NCBI GenBank assembly: GCA_018065485.1
Contig: JAGHTF010000007.1
Span: 1-61,535 of the forward strand
Origin: Candidatus Cryptobacteroides fimicaballi
Lineage (GTDB): Bacteria; Bacteroidota; Bacteroidia; Bacteroidales; UBA932
Reading direction: 5' to 3'
DNA: 61,535 nt
Under the pieces are notes generated by a model. The model was not told the DNA's origin, did not search any database, and saw only the letters and a program-made list of their open reading frames with translations. A program made the position numbers and the translations under genes. Below, one piece after another: positions 43,425-54,002 of the stretch. The first letter of the stretch is position 1. Each line of letters opens with the position of its first letter.

Positions 43425-46400
43425 ACGGTCTGCTGCTGTTCGGCATCAATCGTAGAGATGCCCAGTGTAATCTCCTCCAGCACATCCAGAAGCACTCTCA
43501 CCGTTTCCAGTGAAGTAAACAGCGTAACGTTGTTCTCCACTGCGGTACGGCGGATTCCGTAGCCGTCGAGCCGGGTGCTGTGCTGATTTATGTCGATTGT
43601 ATTGATAACGTAACTTACGTGTCCCTGCCGCAGTTCATTCATAATGTCGTCGCTGCCGTCGCTCAGTTTTCCAAGACAACGGGTCTTTATCCCGTTCTCC
43701 CTGAGAAACTCCGCGGTTCCCCTGGTGGCCTCGATATTGAATCCCAGGTTGTAGAACCTGCGGATGAGCGGAAGGGCCTCGGACTTGTCGTGGTCGGCGA
43801 TGGTAGCGAAAACGGTTCCGTAATTCACCACCTTGACTCCGGATGCCTGCAGAGACTTGAAAAGGGCGCGCTTGAGCGAAACGTCGTAGCCTATCGCCTC
43901 TCCGGTTGACTTCATCTCCGGCGACAGATAGGTATCTATGCCCTTGAGCTTGCCGAACGAGAATGCCGGACTCTTCACATAGTGGCGCTTGCGCTCGGGA
44001 TAATAGACGTCGGTTATGCCCTGTTCGCGCAGAGAATGTCCGAGCATCACCATAGTCGCAATCTTTGCCATCGGAATACCGGTAGATTTCGACAGGAACG
44101 GAACCGTACGGGAAGAACGGGGATTCACCTCAATCACGTAAACGTCGTCGTTGTTGTCCACGATGAACTGGATATTGAACAGGCCCACGATGCCGATTTC
44201 GAGTCCGAGTTTCACGGTATAGTCGATTATCTTATCCTTTACCTCCCGGCTCAGCGAGAACGAAGGGTACACGCTTATGGAGTCTCCGGAATGGATACCG
44301 GTACGCTCCACGTGTTCCATAATGCCCGGGATGAACACATCCTTTCCGTCGCAGATGGCATCCACCTCCGTCTCCCTGCCCATAATATACCTGTCCACCA
44401 GGACGGGAGAATTCTCATTGATTTCCACGGCGTTGTGCAGATAGTGCCGCAGGGCGTCCTCGTTTCCGACAATCATCATCGCACGTCCTCCAAGCACGAA
44501 CGAAGGCCTTACCAGCACGGGATAGCCGATCTCGGCGGCAGCCCTTACTCCGGCCTCAACGTCCGTAACGGCCCTGGCCTCAGGCTGGGGAATGCCGGTT
44601 CTTCTCATAATTGCTTCGAAAAGCTTGCGGTCCTCGGCGTTGTCGATGGCCTGAATCTGCGTTCCTATTATAGGCACTCCGAATTCGGCGATGGGTCCGG
44701 CCAGGTTGATGGCGGTCTGTCCCCCGAGGGTTACAATCACACCCGAAGGCTTCTCGATGCGGATCACGTTCATCACATCCTCCACCGTAAGAGGCTCGAA
44801 ATACAGCTTGTCCGAAATGGTATAGTCGGTAGATACGGTCTCAGGGTTGTTGTTTATGATGATGGCTTCGTAACCGGCTTCGCGGATTGCCCAGATAGCG
44901 TGAACCGTCGAGTAGTCGAACTCTACGCCCTGACCGATTCTGATGGGCCCGGCCCCCAGTACGAGGATCTTCTTCCGGTCGCTCACCACAGATTCGTTCC
45001 GGGTCTCGTAAGTCGAGTAGAAATACGGCACGTCGGCCTCGCGGGAGGCGGAACAGCTGTCGATGAACTTGTAAACGGGATGTATGTCCCGGCTCCACCG
45101 CCATTCTATCATCTGCTTTTCGGTCTTGCCCCACAGACTTCCTATGAACTTGTCGCTGAATCCCATACGCTTGGCTTCATAGAGGGTGGCAGGATCCTGA
45201 ACGTGAGATTTTAGTTCCTCTTCCATCTTCACTATGGCCACAATCTTCTCCAGGAAGAGCATATCTATTTTCGTACAGTCATAGATGAGCCGCACATCCA
45301 CTCCGTTGCGGATGAGTTGGGCGATTGCCAGCAGATGGTCGTCCGGGAATTTGACGATATAGTCGAAGAGCTCCCGGTCGCTCATCTTCTCGAATTTAAC
45401 CTTGTAAATGTGGCTGCAGCCGATTTCCAGCGAGCGGATAGCCTTGAGCAGGCTCTCCTCTATGGTTCGGCCGATGCTCATAACCTCTCCGGTGGCCTTC
45501 ATCTGGGTACCCAGCTCGTTGATGGCCTCGCTGAACTTGTCGAAGGCAAAACGGGGCACCTTGCTCACCACGTAGTCGATGGAAGGTTCACAGCAGGCAG
45601 GGGCGCCTGCGACCATAATTTCGTCGAGGGTAAGTCCCACTGCAATCTTTGCGGTAACCCTCGCGATGGGGAATCCGCTGGCCTTCGAAGCCAGGGCCGA
45701 AGAGCGGGAAACCCGCGGATTGACCTCAATTATATAATACTGGAAAGACAGGGGGTCCAGCGCAAACTGCACGTTGCATCCGCCTGCTATCCCCAAAGCC
45801 CTGATAAGCTTGAGAGCGCTGGTACGTAGCATTTCGTACTCCTTGTCGGCCAAAGTCTGGGCCGGTGCAACCACGATTGAATCTCCGGTATGGATTCCCA
45901 CGGGGTCCACGTTCTCCATAGAGCATATCGTGATTGCCGTGTCGTTGGAGTCGCGCATTACCTCGAACTCGATTTCCTTGTAGCCCTTGACGCTCTTTTC
46001 GATAAGCACCTGTCCTACGGGAGAAAGGGCGAGAGCGCCGCGCATAAGGTCGGTCAGTTCTTCGTCGTTGTCGGCAAATCCGCCGCCGGTCCCTCCCAGG
46101 GTGAAAGCGGGCCGGGCAACCACGGGATAGCCTATTTCACGTGCCGTTGCAAGCGCTTCTTCGGTACTGTAGCATATCTGTGAGGGAATCACCGGCTCGC
46201 CCAGGCTGATGCAGAGTTCCTTGAAGAGTTCCCTGTCCTCGGCCTGCTCTATGCTCTGAAAAGACGTTCCCAGAATCTCCACCTGACATTCGGAGAGGAC
46301 TCCTTTCCTGGCAAGCTTGACCGCCAGGTTAAGTCCGGTCTGGCCTCCAAGTCCCGGAACAATGGCGTCGGGACGTTCGTACCTGATTATCTTGGCCACA

Positions 46401-46618
46401 TACTCCAGATCCAACGGTTCCATATAGACCTTGTCGGCAATATGGGTATCCGTCATAATGGTTGCAGGATTGGAATTCACGAGAATCACCTCGTAGCCCT
46501 CTTCCTTAAGCGCCAGGCAGGCCTGAGTGCCCGCATAGTCGAATTCGGCGGCCTGACCTATCACGATAGGACCGGAGCCTATCACCATAATTTTCTTGAT
46601 GTCGTTCCTTCTGGGCAT
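43421..46618 (-). CDS. carB: Carbamoyl-phosphate synthase large subunit
   Basis: [17 protein letters not shown], two ATP-grasp halves (HTGDS/HSGDS, EVNPR), MGS-like C-terminus. Confidence 0.97.
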   Translation of the reverse strand: MPRRNDIKKIMVIGSGPIVIGQAAEFDYAGTQACLALKEEGYEVILVNSNPATIMTDTHIADKVYMEPLDLEYVAKIIRYERPDAIVPGLGGQTGLNLAVKLARKGVLSECQVEILGTSFQSIEQAEDRELFKELCISLGEPVIPSQICYSTEEALATAREIGYPVVARPAFTLGGTGGGFADNDEELTDLMRGALALSPVGQVLIEKSVKGYKEIEFEVMRDSNDTAITICSMENVDPVGIHTGDSIVVAPAQTLADKEYEMLRTSALKLIRALGIAGGCNVQFALDPLSFQYYIIEVNPRVSRSSALASKASGFPIARVTAKIAVGLTLDEIMVAGAPACCEPSIDYVVSKVPRFAFDKFSEAINELGTQMKATGEVMSIGRTIEESLLKAIRSLEIGCSHIYKVKFEKMSDRELFDYIVKFPDDHLLAIAQLIRNGVDVRLIYDCTKIDMLFLEKIVAIVKMEEELKSHVQDPATLYEAKRMGFSDKFIGSLWGKTEKQMIEWRWSRDIHPVYKFIDSCSASREADVPYFYSTYETRNESVVSDRKKILVLGAGPIRIGQGVEFDYSTVHAIWAIREAGYEAIIINNNPETVSTDYTISDKLYFEPLTVEDVMNVIRIEKPSGVIVTLGGQTAINLAGPIAEFGVPIIGTQIQAIDNAEDRKLFEAIMRRTGIPQPEARAVTDVEAGVRAAAEIGYPVLVRPSFVLGGRAMMIVGNEDALRHYLHNAVEINENSPVLVDRYIMGRETEVDAICDGKDVFIPGIMEHVERTGIHSGDSISVYPSFSLSREVKDKIIDYTVKLGLEIGIVGLFNIQFIVDNNDDVYVIEVNPRSSRTVPFLSKSTGIPMAKIATMVMLGHSLREQGITDVYYPERKRHYVKSPAFSFGKLKGIDTYLSPEMKSTGEAIGYDVSLKRALFKSLQASGVKVVNYGTVFATIADHDKSEALPLIRRFYNLGFNIEATRGTAEFLRENGIKTRCLGKLSDGSDDIMNELRQGHVSYVINTIDINQHSTRLDGYGIRRTAVENNVTLFTSLETVRVLLDVLEEITLGISTIDAEQQQTV

Positions 46619-46621
46619 ATA

Positions 46622-47698
46622 TCAGTCCTCCATCATTTTTACAAAGTCATCGAAGAATTCACTTTCTGTGGGGCCCGGAGCGCCTTCGGGACAAAATGCT
46701 ACCGAGAACACCTTATCCCCGGGGCAGGAAACACCCTCAACCATTGAATTCACGACATTCAGATGCGTAATCTGCAGGCCTGCGGCACCGACGCTTTCCT
46801 TATCCACCCCGTAATGGGTGCTGTGCATCGCGGTAAAAATCCTGCCGCTGCAAACGTTGCGTACCGGCGCATCCCCGTAAAGTCCGCATTTCAGTTTCTC
46901 CACCTTTACTCCATAGGAAAGGGCTATAAGCAGATGGCCGAGTCCCGAGCCGGCAAGCGGATACCTGCCTTTCAGCTCCCTTATCACCGCTACCATCTCC
47001 TTAAGTTCCATAGGATTTCCTGGGCCTCCGCTGATAAGGACACCGTCCGGATTGAAAGCCTCTATTTCACTGAAAGACGAGTCGAACGGCAGCACCGTAA
47101 CGTTGCATCCCAGTTTATTGAGAGCCTCGACCGTACCGTGCTTGACTCCACAGTCCAGAATTACCACGTCGAAGCGATGGTGCGGAGTACGGGAAAACCA
47201 TCGCTTGCTGCAGCTCACCTGCGCCACCGGATGTACCGTCGGCTTATGGTTGGCAATTGTCTCGAGAGCCTGCTCCAAAGGGGTGTCAGCCGGAACTATG
47301 GCCCCCATAAGAGGACCTTCCGTCCGAATCAGATGCGAAATCATTCTGGTATCGAGCCCGCTTATGCAGGGGATATCGTGCTCCTCCAGTTCTTCGGAAA
47401 GGGTCTTGGTAAAACGGAAATTGGACGGTGTCGTACTGCACTCCCTTACCACCAGGCCGGCAAGTCTCGGGGTCTTGGACTCGTAGTCCTCGTCGGTGAT
47501 TCCGTACTGTCCTACGGCAGGGTATGTCATCACCACTATCTGCCCTGCATACGCCGGATCCGATATTATTTCCTGATAGCCTACAACCGACGTGTTGAAG
47601 ACCACCTCTCCTACGGCGGGGCAAGGAGCACCGCTGGCTGTCCCGTAGAATTCCTGGCCGTTTCCGAGGACCAGTTTGATTTTGGCAGATGAACTCAT
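46622..47698 (-). CDS. carA: Carbamoyl-phosphate synthase small subunit with degenerate glutaminase site
   Basis: GEVVFNT..GYQE..SDPAY, LDTRM, SGGPGNP; GICLG replaced by GSGLG and QFHPE replaced by AFCPE. Confidence 0.9.
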   Translation of the reverse strand: MSSSAKIKLVLGNGQEFYGTASGAPCPAVGEVVFNTSVVGYQEIISDPAYAGQIVVMTYPAVGQYGITDEDYESKTPRLAGLVVRECSTTPSNFRFTKTLSEELEEHDIPCISGLDTRMISHLIRTEGPLMGAIVPADTPLEQALETIANHKPTVHPVAQVSCSKRWFSRTPHHRFDVVILDCGVKHGTVEALNKLGCNVTVLPFDSSFSEIEAFNPDGVLISGGPGNPMELKEMVAVIRELKGRYPLAGSGLGHLLIALSYGVKVEKLKCGLYGDAPVRNVCSGRIFTAMHSTHYGVDKESVGAAGLQITHLNVVNSMVEGVSCPGDKVFSVAFCPEGAPGPTESEFFDDFVKMMED

Positions 47699-48813
47699 AT
47701 ACTGTAAACTGTTTTGCCTTTATAAACCGTACGGACGCATCTTCCCCAAACCTGCATTCCGTCGAACGGGGTACTGTGCCCCATAGAACGGAAGGTTCCG
47801 CTGTCAATCACGAACGGGGCGGAAATGTCGAACAGGGCATAATCCTCAGGGGCTTCGCCCAGATTGAACCGCCTGCGCGGCGCAGAACTCATAAGTTCTA
47901 CGAGCCTGTCCAGACTTATGATTCCGGTTCTCACCAATCCCGTGTACAGGACAGGAAACGCCGTTTCCAGACCCACAACGCCCATTGCGCTGTGTTCCAG
48001 TCCGCGGGACTTTTCCCCGGCCGTATGCGGTGCGTGGTCGGTGGCTATCATATCAATTGTACCGTCCTGTATGCCTTCCAGCAGTGCCTGACGGTCTTCC
48101 TCTGCCCTCAACGGCGGATTCATCTTGAAACGGCCGTCTTCCTGCAGGTCATTTTCGCACAGCAGGAGATAATGGGGCGCCGTTTCACAACTCACGTTCA
48201 CACCGGAGGCCTTTGCCTCTCTGATTAGCCGTACGCTTTCCTTCGTGGAGATATGGCAGACGTGATAGGCGCAGCCGGTACGGGCGGCAAGTTCCAGGTC
48301 CCGGGCAATCTGCCCCCATTCGCTACGGGAGCATATCCCCCTGTGGCCGTGGGCGCGGGCATACTCTCCGTCGTGGATGTATCCCCCGTTCAGAAGACTG
48401 TTGTCTTCGCAATGAGCCGCCAGGATACAGCCGTTGGCGGCCGCAGCCTCCATAGCACGAAGCATCATTTCCTCCCGCTGCACACCGCTTCCGTCATCGG
48501 AAAAAGCAACCGCCTTTCCCTTGAGAGCGGCAAAGTCCACAAGTTCGTTTCCCTTGCGGCCCACCGTTATCGTCGCATAGGGACGGACCTCTATGCAGGC
48601 GTCCCGCTTTATTATTTCCAGTTCTTTCTCCAGGTTCTCCACCGAATCCGGGGCCGGATTCAGGTTGGGCATAGGACAGACGCAGGTGTAGCCGCCGGCA
48701 GCGGCGGCCCTGCTGCCGCTCAGTATTGTCTCCTTATACGAAAAACCCGGTTCACGGAAGTGCACGTGCACATCCACAAGAGCCGGGCAGCGTATGATTT
48801 GCTCTTTTACCAC
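47695..48813 (-). CDS. pyrC: Dihydroorotase
   Basis: DVHVHFREPG, MPN, HCED, CHIST, KMNPPLR, ATDHAPH; GTG start. Confidence 0.95.
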   Translation of the reverse strand: MVKEQIIRCPALVDVHVHFREPGFSYKETILSGSRAAAAGGYTCVCPMPNLNPAPDSVENLEKELEIIKRDACIEVRPYATITVGRKGNELVDFAALKGKAVAFSDDGSGVQREEMMLRAMEAAAANGCILAAHCEDNSLLNGGYIHDGEYARAHGHRGICSRSEWGQIARDLELAARTGCAYHVCHISTKESVRLIREAKASGVNVSCETAPHYLLLCENDLQEDGRFKMNPPLRAEEDRQALLEGIQDGTIDMIATDHAPHTAGEKSRGLEHSAMGVVGLETAFPVLYTGLVRTGIISLDRLVELMSSAPRRRFNLGEAPEDYALFDISAPFVIDSGTFRSMGHSTPFDGMQVWGRCVRTVYKGKTVYSI

Positions 48814-48833
48814 GCTTAAGATTTACAATCTTA

Positions 48834-48861
48834 CAAAGATACTAAGAAATAACTATCTTTG
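48834..48861. promoter_or_regulatory. Back-to-back -7 elements for the pyr operon and the phosphoesterase gene
   Basis: CAAAGATA (48834-48841), 12-nt spacer, TATCTTTG (48854-48861). Confidence 0.65.
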
Positions 48862-48880
48862 TATCAAATTCCAGAACAAA

Positions 48881-50914
48881 ATGAAAGTTAAGTTTACCAT
48901 TTTCTTTATGATGCTTTTCTCCACGGTGGCGTTCGCACGGGGGGAAGTTTACTGCATCAATGCCTGTCCGGGAGAAAACGCAAACTCCCAAATCAACGTG
49001 AGCTGGGCTGCCGACACAACTCTTACAGACAGTTATCTGCTTGTATGTGAAGATGGTAAGAAGCCCGTAGCATACTATCCCACACAGTATGTCTGCAACG
49101 ACTTCTACGATTTGCCATCGGCCTCTCCGGCAGGAGAAAAAATACGGGAAACCCCCAGGTTCCTCCGTTGCAAGGTTTCTCTCTCCGGGCTCAAGGCCGA
49201 CACCGGATACAGTTACGTGATCTGCAGCGGAACGGCAAAGAAAGTGAATTCGCTGCGCTCTGCAAAGGGACAGTTGTGCGAAGAAAGGCACTTCAAGACA
49301 GCCGGGGCGGACGAATGGTCAGCCTGCATAATCTCAGACTTCCATTCCTACACTCCCCTGCCCAAGAGGCTGGAAGGAGCAATGGCAATGGTCAACACGG
49401 TAAAGGAATACGACCCCGCGGTGGACTGGGTTCTGAACCTCGGCGACGTGTGCGCCTGGGGTGGCAGCCATTCCTTCTGGAGAGAGCTGTACAGGCAGGA
49501 CAATTACAAGAACTGCATCTGGGCCGGCGTAAACGGGAATCACGACAATATGAGCCGGGGCTACGAAAAACAGAGCCACGCCTTTTTCCGCGAGAATGCG
49601 GCCTATCCGCAGAACGGTTACGGCGACCAGCAGGGAGTCTGCTACTGGTTCCGATACGGCCAGGTTCTGTTTGTTATGCTCAACAACGAGGCGATGCACG
49701 ACTATATGGGCCTGCACGACGCCCAGAACTGGGTCAGGAAAGTAATCACCGATCAGAAGAACTCTTCGAACCCGCCCGTATACACCGTGGTGTGCGAGCA
49801 CTACGAGTGGTTCTATCCCAACGGAGCATTCCTCCAGTACAAGCGCTGGCACGAACTTTTCGACCAGCTCGGAGTTGACCTCGCGCTGAGCGGCAACAGC
49901 CATATCTACGTACGTTCTCTGCCCGTGTATGACGGAAAGGTTACCGACGGCAGCTGCGGTACGGTATATCTTCAGACATCGTCGAGCGACAACGAAAGAG
50001 GCCGCACCATAAAGGACGAGCCGCTTCAGAACAGCGACAAGGTAGCCTTCCGGTTTACCGAGGGGAGCCATACCATCAGCGCGCTGGACCTCAAGGTCAA
50101 CGACAGTAAAATGACGCTTACCCTGCTCGACCGCAACGGAAAAGTCCTGGACAGCGCCGAGGTTATGGCAAAGAAGGACAAGAAATACAAGGAAGACGTT
50201 CTGGCAACCTTCCTGCGCGATTCCCTGGAAGCGGTATCTGAACGCTGCGCCGGCACCCTTAAAGCCGCCTATATGGCAGAGAAATACCTGGGAACCCGAT
50301 ACAACGTTCCCGGATGGGAAGGTTTCCCAGTTGAACACTACGAGTACTACACCGGTGTCGATATAAACGCGAAAGTTCAAAAGAGAGGCACGGTGCTTAT
50401 GCTCAACCCGAGTGCCGAAAAACTAGCAAAGTGGATAATCACCGCAGTGTATGACGCCACCGGAGCCATCCGCTACGAAGACCTGGAGAAAGTCCGGAAA
50501 TTCATAACCTGGCAATCCGGCGCACAGTTCCCTGTAAAAGGGGTGGTGTACGAGGCAATGTACACGCCGGGAGACTATTATCCCTACATCTTCAAGGACG
50601 GTGTAACGGTATATATGGCAGATGAAGCGCGACACAAGGCTCAGGACCAGCACCCCAGCGACGAGCTTCTGGATTTCTACACCGACACAATGTCCAACGA
50701 ACACCTCAAGGACTATACCGGAAGATATGCCCGGATTTCAAGCACCACCCGCGAGATGTACTACAAGGCCGGCGGAAAGGACAAAGTAGGCAAGAGCGAC
50801 GACGGACAGCGCGACACGGCCTGGCTGGCCACAGTTGCCAAAAACTACCAGAGAGCCTGGAAGTCGGACCGTAACTTCCTTATTTATGCCTGGGCTCTGA
50901 GCAATCTGGAATAG
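48881..50914 (+). CDS. Secreted purple-acid-phosphatase-like metallophosphoesterase with an extra C-terminal domain
   Basis: Signal peptide; FN3-like N-domain; SDFH, LGD, GNHD, CEH, GNSHIY metallophosphoesterase motifs; ~230-aa unassigned C-terminal domain. Confidence 0.75.
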   Translation: MKVKFTIFFMMLFSTVAFARGEVYCINACPGENANSQINVSWAADTTLTDSYLLVCEDGKKPVAYYPTQYVCNDFYDLPSASPAGEKIRETPRFLRCKVSLSGLKADTGYSYVICSGTAKKVNSLRSAKGQLCEERHFKTAGADEWSACIISDFHSYTPLPKRLEGAMAMVNTVKEYDPAVDWVLNLGDVCAWGGSHSFWRELYRQDNYKNCIWAGVNGNHDNMSRGYEKQSHAFFRENAAYPQNGYGDQQGVCYWFRYGQVLFVMLNNEAMHDYMGLHDAQNWVRKVITDQKNSSNPPVYTVVCEHYEWFYPNGAFLQYKRWHELFDQLGVDLALSGNSHIYVRSLPVYDGKVTDGSCGTVYLQTSSSDNERGRTIKDEPLQNSDKVAFRFTEGSHTISALDLKVNDSKMTLTLLDRNGKVLDSAEVMAKKDKKYKEDVLATFLRDSLEAVSERCAGTLKAAYMAEKYLGTRYNVPGWEGFPVEHYEYYTGVDINAKVQKRGTVLMLNPSAEKLAKWIITAVYDATGAIRYEDLEKVRKFITWQSGAQFPVKGVVYEAMYTPGDYYPYIFKDGVTVYMADEARHKAQDQHPSDELLDFYTDTMSNEHLKDYTGRYARISSTTREMYYKAGGKDKVGKSDDGQRDTAWLATVAKNYQRAWKSDRNFLIYAWALSNLE

Positions 50915-51938
50915 TTTCCTGCTCGTTTACCGAGCCCTTGTGAATCTCGTCAAAGACTCTGTGCACAAAATCTTCAGACAGCCCGCGTCCATTACCGATG
51001 CGGACTATTCTTTTCATAACAGTATCCCAACGTCGGGCCTGGATGATGGACACGTTGTGCGTTTTCTTAAGAGCTCCGATTTTCCGGCTGAGTTCCATTC
51101 TGGATGCAAGGGCATCCACGATTGTTTCGTCCAGGGCGTCGATTTGAGCGCGGAATTCCTCCAGCTCCAGGGTATATTTCGCATCCTCGGTATCCTTTGC
51201 CCTGACTTCGAGAGAATCCAGCAGCGCAGCGAGCCGGGCCGGAGTAAGTTGCTGGGCGGAATCGCTCAGGGCAGCCGACGGATTGCAGTGAGACTCTATC
51301 ATCAGGCCGTCAAGGCCTAAATCCATGGCCTTCTGGGATATTTCCCGTACATATTCGACCTTGCCTCCGAGATGGGAGGGGTCGCAGTAGAACGGCAGCT
51401 CCGGGAAACGGCTGCGCATCTGCACGACTGCATCCCAGGCTGCGCTGTTGCGATATATTTTTTCATTGAACGAAGAAAAGCCCCGGTGTATCAGACCTAT
51501 TTTTTTCTGGCTTGCCGTTCTCAGACGCTCCACAGCGCCGGTCCAGGCCTCCAGGTCGGGATTCACCGGATTCTTTACGAATACGCTCATACCCGTACCG
51601 GGCAGAGCCTGCGCTATTTCCTGCACCAGAAACGGGTTGGCCGTGGTTCTGGCGCCTATCCAAACCATATCCACACCGGCTTTGGCGCAAGCTTCCACGT
51701 GGCTGGCGCGGGACACCTCGGTGCAGACCTTCATTCCGCACTGCCGCTTAACCTCGAAAAGCCATTGAAGGCCTTTTTCGCCCACACCCTCGAAGCAACC
51801 GGGATAAGTCCTCGGTTTCCAGAGCCCGGCCCTGAACCATTCTATGCCCAATTCCCTTAGCTGCAGTGCGGTATCCAGCACCTGCTCCCGGGTTTCGGCA
51901 CTGCACGGACCGGCTATTATCATAGATTTTTCTCGCAT
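50880..51938 (-). CDS. Bifunctional DAHP synthase / chorismate mutase
   Basis: [27 protein letters not shown]; C-terminal [19 protein letters not shown] chorismate mutase domain. Confidence 0.92.
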   Translation of the reverse strand: MREKSMIIAGPCSAETREQVLDTALQLRELGIEWFRAGLWKPRTYPGCFEGVGEKGLQWLFEVKRQCGMKVCTEVSRASHVEACAKAGVDMVWIGARTTANPFLVQEIAQALPGTGMSVFVKNPVNPDLEAWTGAVERLRTASQKKIGLIHRGFSSFNEKIYRNSAAWDAVVQMRSRFPELPFYCDPSHLGGKVEYVREISQKAMDLGLDGLMIESHCNPSAALSDSAQQLTPARLAALLDSLEVRAKDTEDAKYTLELEEFRAQIDALDETIVDALASRMELSRKIGALKKTHNVSIIQARRWDTVMKRIVRIGNGRGLSEDFVHRVFDEIHKGSVNEQETIPDCSEPRHK

Positions 51939-51945
51939 AATCACG

Positions 51946-51963
51946 CAAAAATAACTATTTTTG
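51946..51963. promoter_or_regulatory. Very compact divergent promoter pair
   Basis: CAAAAATA-AC-TATTTTTG within the 30-bp gap between divergent ATGs at 51938 and 51969. Confidence 0.6.
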
Positions 51964-51968
51964 TGCAA

Positions 51969-52427
51969 ATGGACACCAGACCGGCAATACAGCTTTACAC
52001 CGACGGTGCGGCCAGCGGGAATCCGGGGCCGGGCGGATGGGGCGTGGTACTCAAATGCGGAGAGGCCCGAAAAGAACTTTCCGGAGGATTCCGGCTCACC
52101 ACCAACAACCGGATGGAGCTGCTGGCGCTCATCAAAGGACTGGAAGCCATCAGGTGGGAGAACGCCATCGTAGACGTTTGGAGCGATTCCACCTATGTTG
52201 TAAACAGCATTTCCAACGGATGGAAACGGAAGAAGAATTTCGACCTGTGGCAACGGTTCGACCTGCTTGCTCCGCGGTTCCGGCTCCAACTCCACTGGAT
52301 CAAGGGGCACGCCGGACATCCCGAGAACGAACGCTGCGACACTCTGGCAGTGGAGGCATATTCCCACCCCGACCTGCCGGAAGATACAGGATATGCCGCC
52401 GCGGCCGATAATGGCGGACTGTTTTAG
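51969..52427 (+). CDS. rnhA: Ribonuclease HI
   Basis: [42 protein letters not shown]. Confidence 0.96.
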   Translation: MDTRPAIQLYTDGAASGNPGPGGWGVVLKCGEARKELSGGFRLTTNNRMELLALIKGLEAIRWENAIVDVWSDSTYVVNSISNGWKRKKNFDLWQRFDLLAPRFRLQLHWIKGHAGHPENERCDTLAVEAYSHPDLPEDTGYAAAADNGGLF

Positions 52428-52455
52428 AATTGGAAGAAACAAAAGAATCTACGAT

Positions 52456-53541
52456 ATGATAAACGGAAAAACGGTTGTTGCAATCACCCAAGGTGATTCC
52501 AACGGAATAGGATACGAGGTAATAATAAAGGCCCTGAGCGACCCCAGAATCCTGGAAAGCTTCATTCCCATCGTATATGGCTCCAGCAAGATTTTCGGTT
52601 TCTACAAAAAGGGAATGCCGGAAATCGGAGACCTGGAAATCAATGTCATACACTCCCCCGAGCAGGCTCTGCCCAAGAAGATAAACATTCTGGAATGCCT
52701 TAAGGACAACGTGTTCGCAGAGCCGGGAGACGCTACTCCGGAATCGGCAAAAGCCGCCATCATAGCATTGGAAAGAGCGGTGGGCGACGTCAAGGCCCGC
52801 AAGGCCGACGTGCTTGTAACCGGTCCCATCAACAAGAAACATATGTCGCTGCAGGGCTTCGGATTCCCGGGGCACACTGAGTATCTGCAGAAACAGTTCA
52901 ACACTCCCGAGGTGGAGATGCTTATGGTAAGCAGCCGTCTGAAACTTGGTGTGGTAAGCGGGCACATTGCCCTCAAGGACGTTCCAGCCTCCATTTCCGA
53001 AGAGAAAATCCTTATTAAGCTGCGCCTTATGAAAGAGTCTCTGCGCAAGGATTTCAAGATCGACAACCCCAGAATCGGAGTTCTGAGCCTGAATCCCCAC
53101 AGCGGCGACGGCGGACTCCTTGGAGACGAGGAGGAGAAGATTATCATTCCGGCCATTAAGAAAGCCGCCGAAGAAGGCATCCTGGCGTTCGGACCTTACT
53201 CCCCCGACGGCTACTTCGGACTCTCCAACTACGAAAAGTTCGATGCTACTCTGGCAATGTACCACGACCAGGGGCTCGCTCCGTTCAAAGCCCTCAGTTT
53301 CGAAGACGGCGTAAACTATACCGCAGGTCTGCCGATTGTACGCACCTCGCCCGACCACGGTACCGCTTACGAAATGGCAGGCCGCGACGAGGCCGATCCC
53401 CGCTCTATGAGGGCCGCAATCTTTGAAGCTCTGGACATTTTCAGGAACCGTCTGGCCTGGGACAGGCTTCAGGAGGGCAAGATGATTGAACCGGAAAAAC
53501 CGGAGAGGCCGGAGAGAAACGGCCGTCCTCAAATAGCCTGA
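52456..53541 (+). CDS. pdxA: 4-hydroxythreonine-4-phosphate dehydrogenase
   Basis: TQGDSNGIGYE, PINK, GHTEYL, LNPHSG, AMYHDQG, RTSPDHGTA. Confidence 0.95.
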   Translation: MINGKTVVAITQGDSNGIGYEVIIKALSDPRILESFIPIVYGSSKIFGFYKKGMPEIGDLEINVIHSPEQALPKKINILECLKDNVFAEPGDATPESAKAAIIALERAVGDVKARKADVLVTGPINKKHMSLQGFGFPGHTEYLQKQFNTPEVEMLMVSSRLKLGVVSGHIALKDVPASISEEKILIKLRLMKESLRKDFKIDNPRIGVLSLNPHSGDGGLLGDEEEKIIIPAIKKAAEEGILAFGPYSPDGYFGLSNYEKFDATLAMYHDQGLAPFKALSFEDGVNYTAGLPIVRTSPDHGTAYEMAGRDEADPRSMRAAIFEALDIFRNRLAWDRLQEGKMIEPEKPERPERNGRPQIA

Positions 53542-54002
53542 TTTTCACAGGTCACTTTTTCCACCGCGGGGCGCACCTCGTCGTATTCATACCCGCGGGA
53601 AAGGGCGAAGCGGATGAGCTTTAGCTTGGCATCGTCCGCACCCTTGAGGCTACGCCACTTGACGGCGAGCAGGCGCTCCAATTTCTCTGCCGATTTATAG
53701 CAGTCAATCTCATCTAATGCCTGTCTGATTATAGATTCATCGATCCGCTTTGCTCTTAAGGCGAAGCGGATTTTCATTTCTCCCCAACCGGTAATCGAAG
53801 ACTTTTCCCGCGCAAAGGCCGAAGCATACCGCAGGTCATCGACATAGCCCCCGGCCTTGAGAGAATCCAGCAGTTGAGCTGCGGCTGCACCGTCGCCGTC
53901 GAGTCTTTCCACAGCCTTTTTAAGAATATCCGAGCTGCAGTACTCCCTCCGGGCGCACATTGACTCCAGCTTATTCAGGACTTTTTTCTGAGCGTCATTC
54001 AT
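53529..54002 (-). CDS. recX: RecX family regulator
   Basis: CARREYC, YVDDLRYA, WGEMKIRFALRAK, RFALSRGY. Confidence 0.88.
   Translation of the reverse strand: MNDAQKKVLNKLESMCARREYCSSDILKKAVERLDGDGAAAAQLLDSLKAGGYVDDLRYASAFAREKSSITGWGEMKIRFALRAKRIDESIIRQALDEIDCYKSAEKLERLLAVKWRSLKGADDAKLKLIRFALSRGYEYDEVRPAVEKVTCENQAI

Noticed and set aside
53491-53520. 9-bp tandem repeats (CCGGAAAAA/CCGGAGAGG/CCGGAGAGA) at the pdxA 3' end
   Set aside because: They simply encode a low-complexity PEKPERPER tail.
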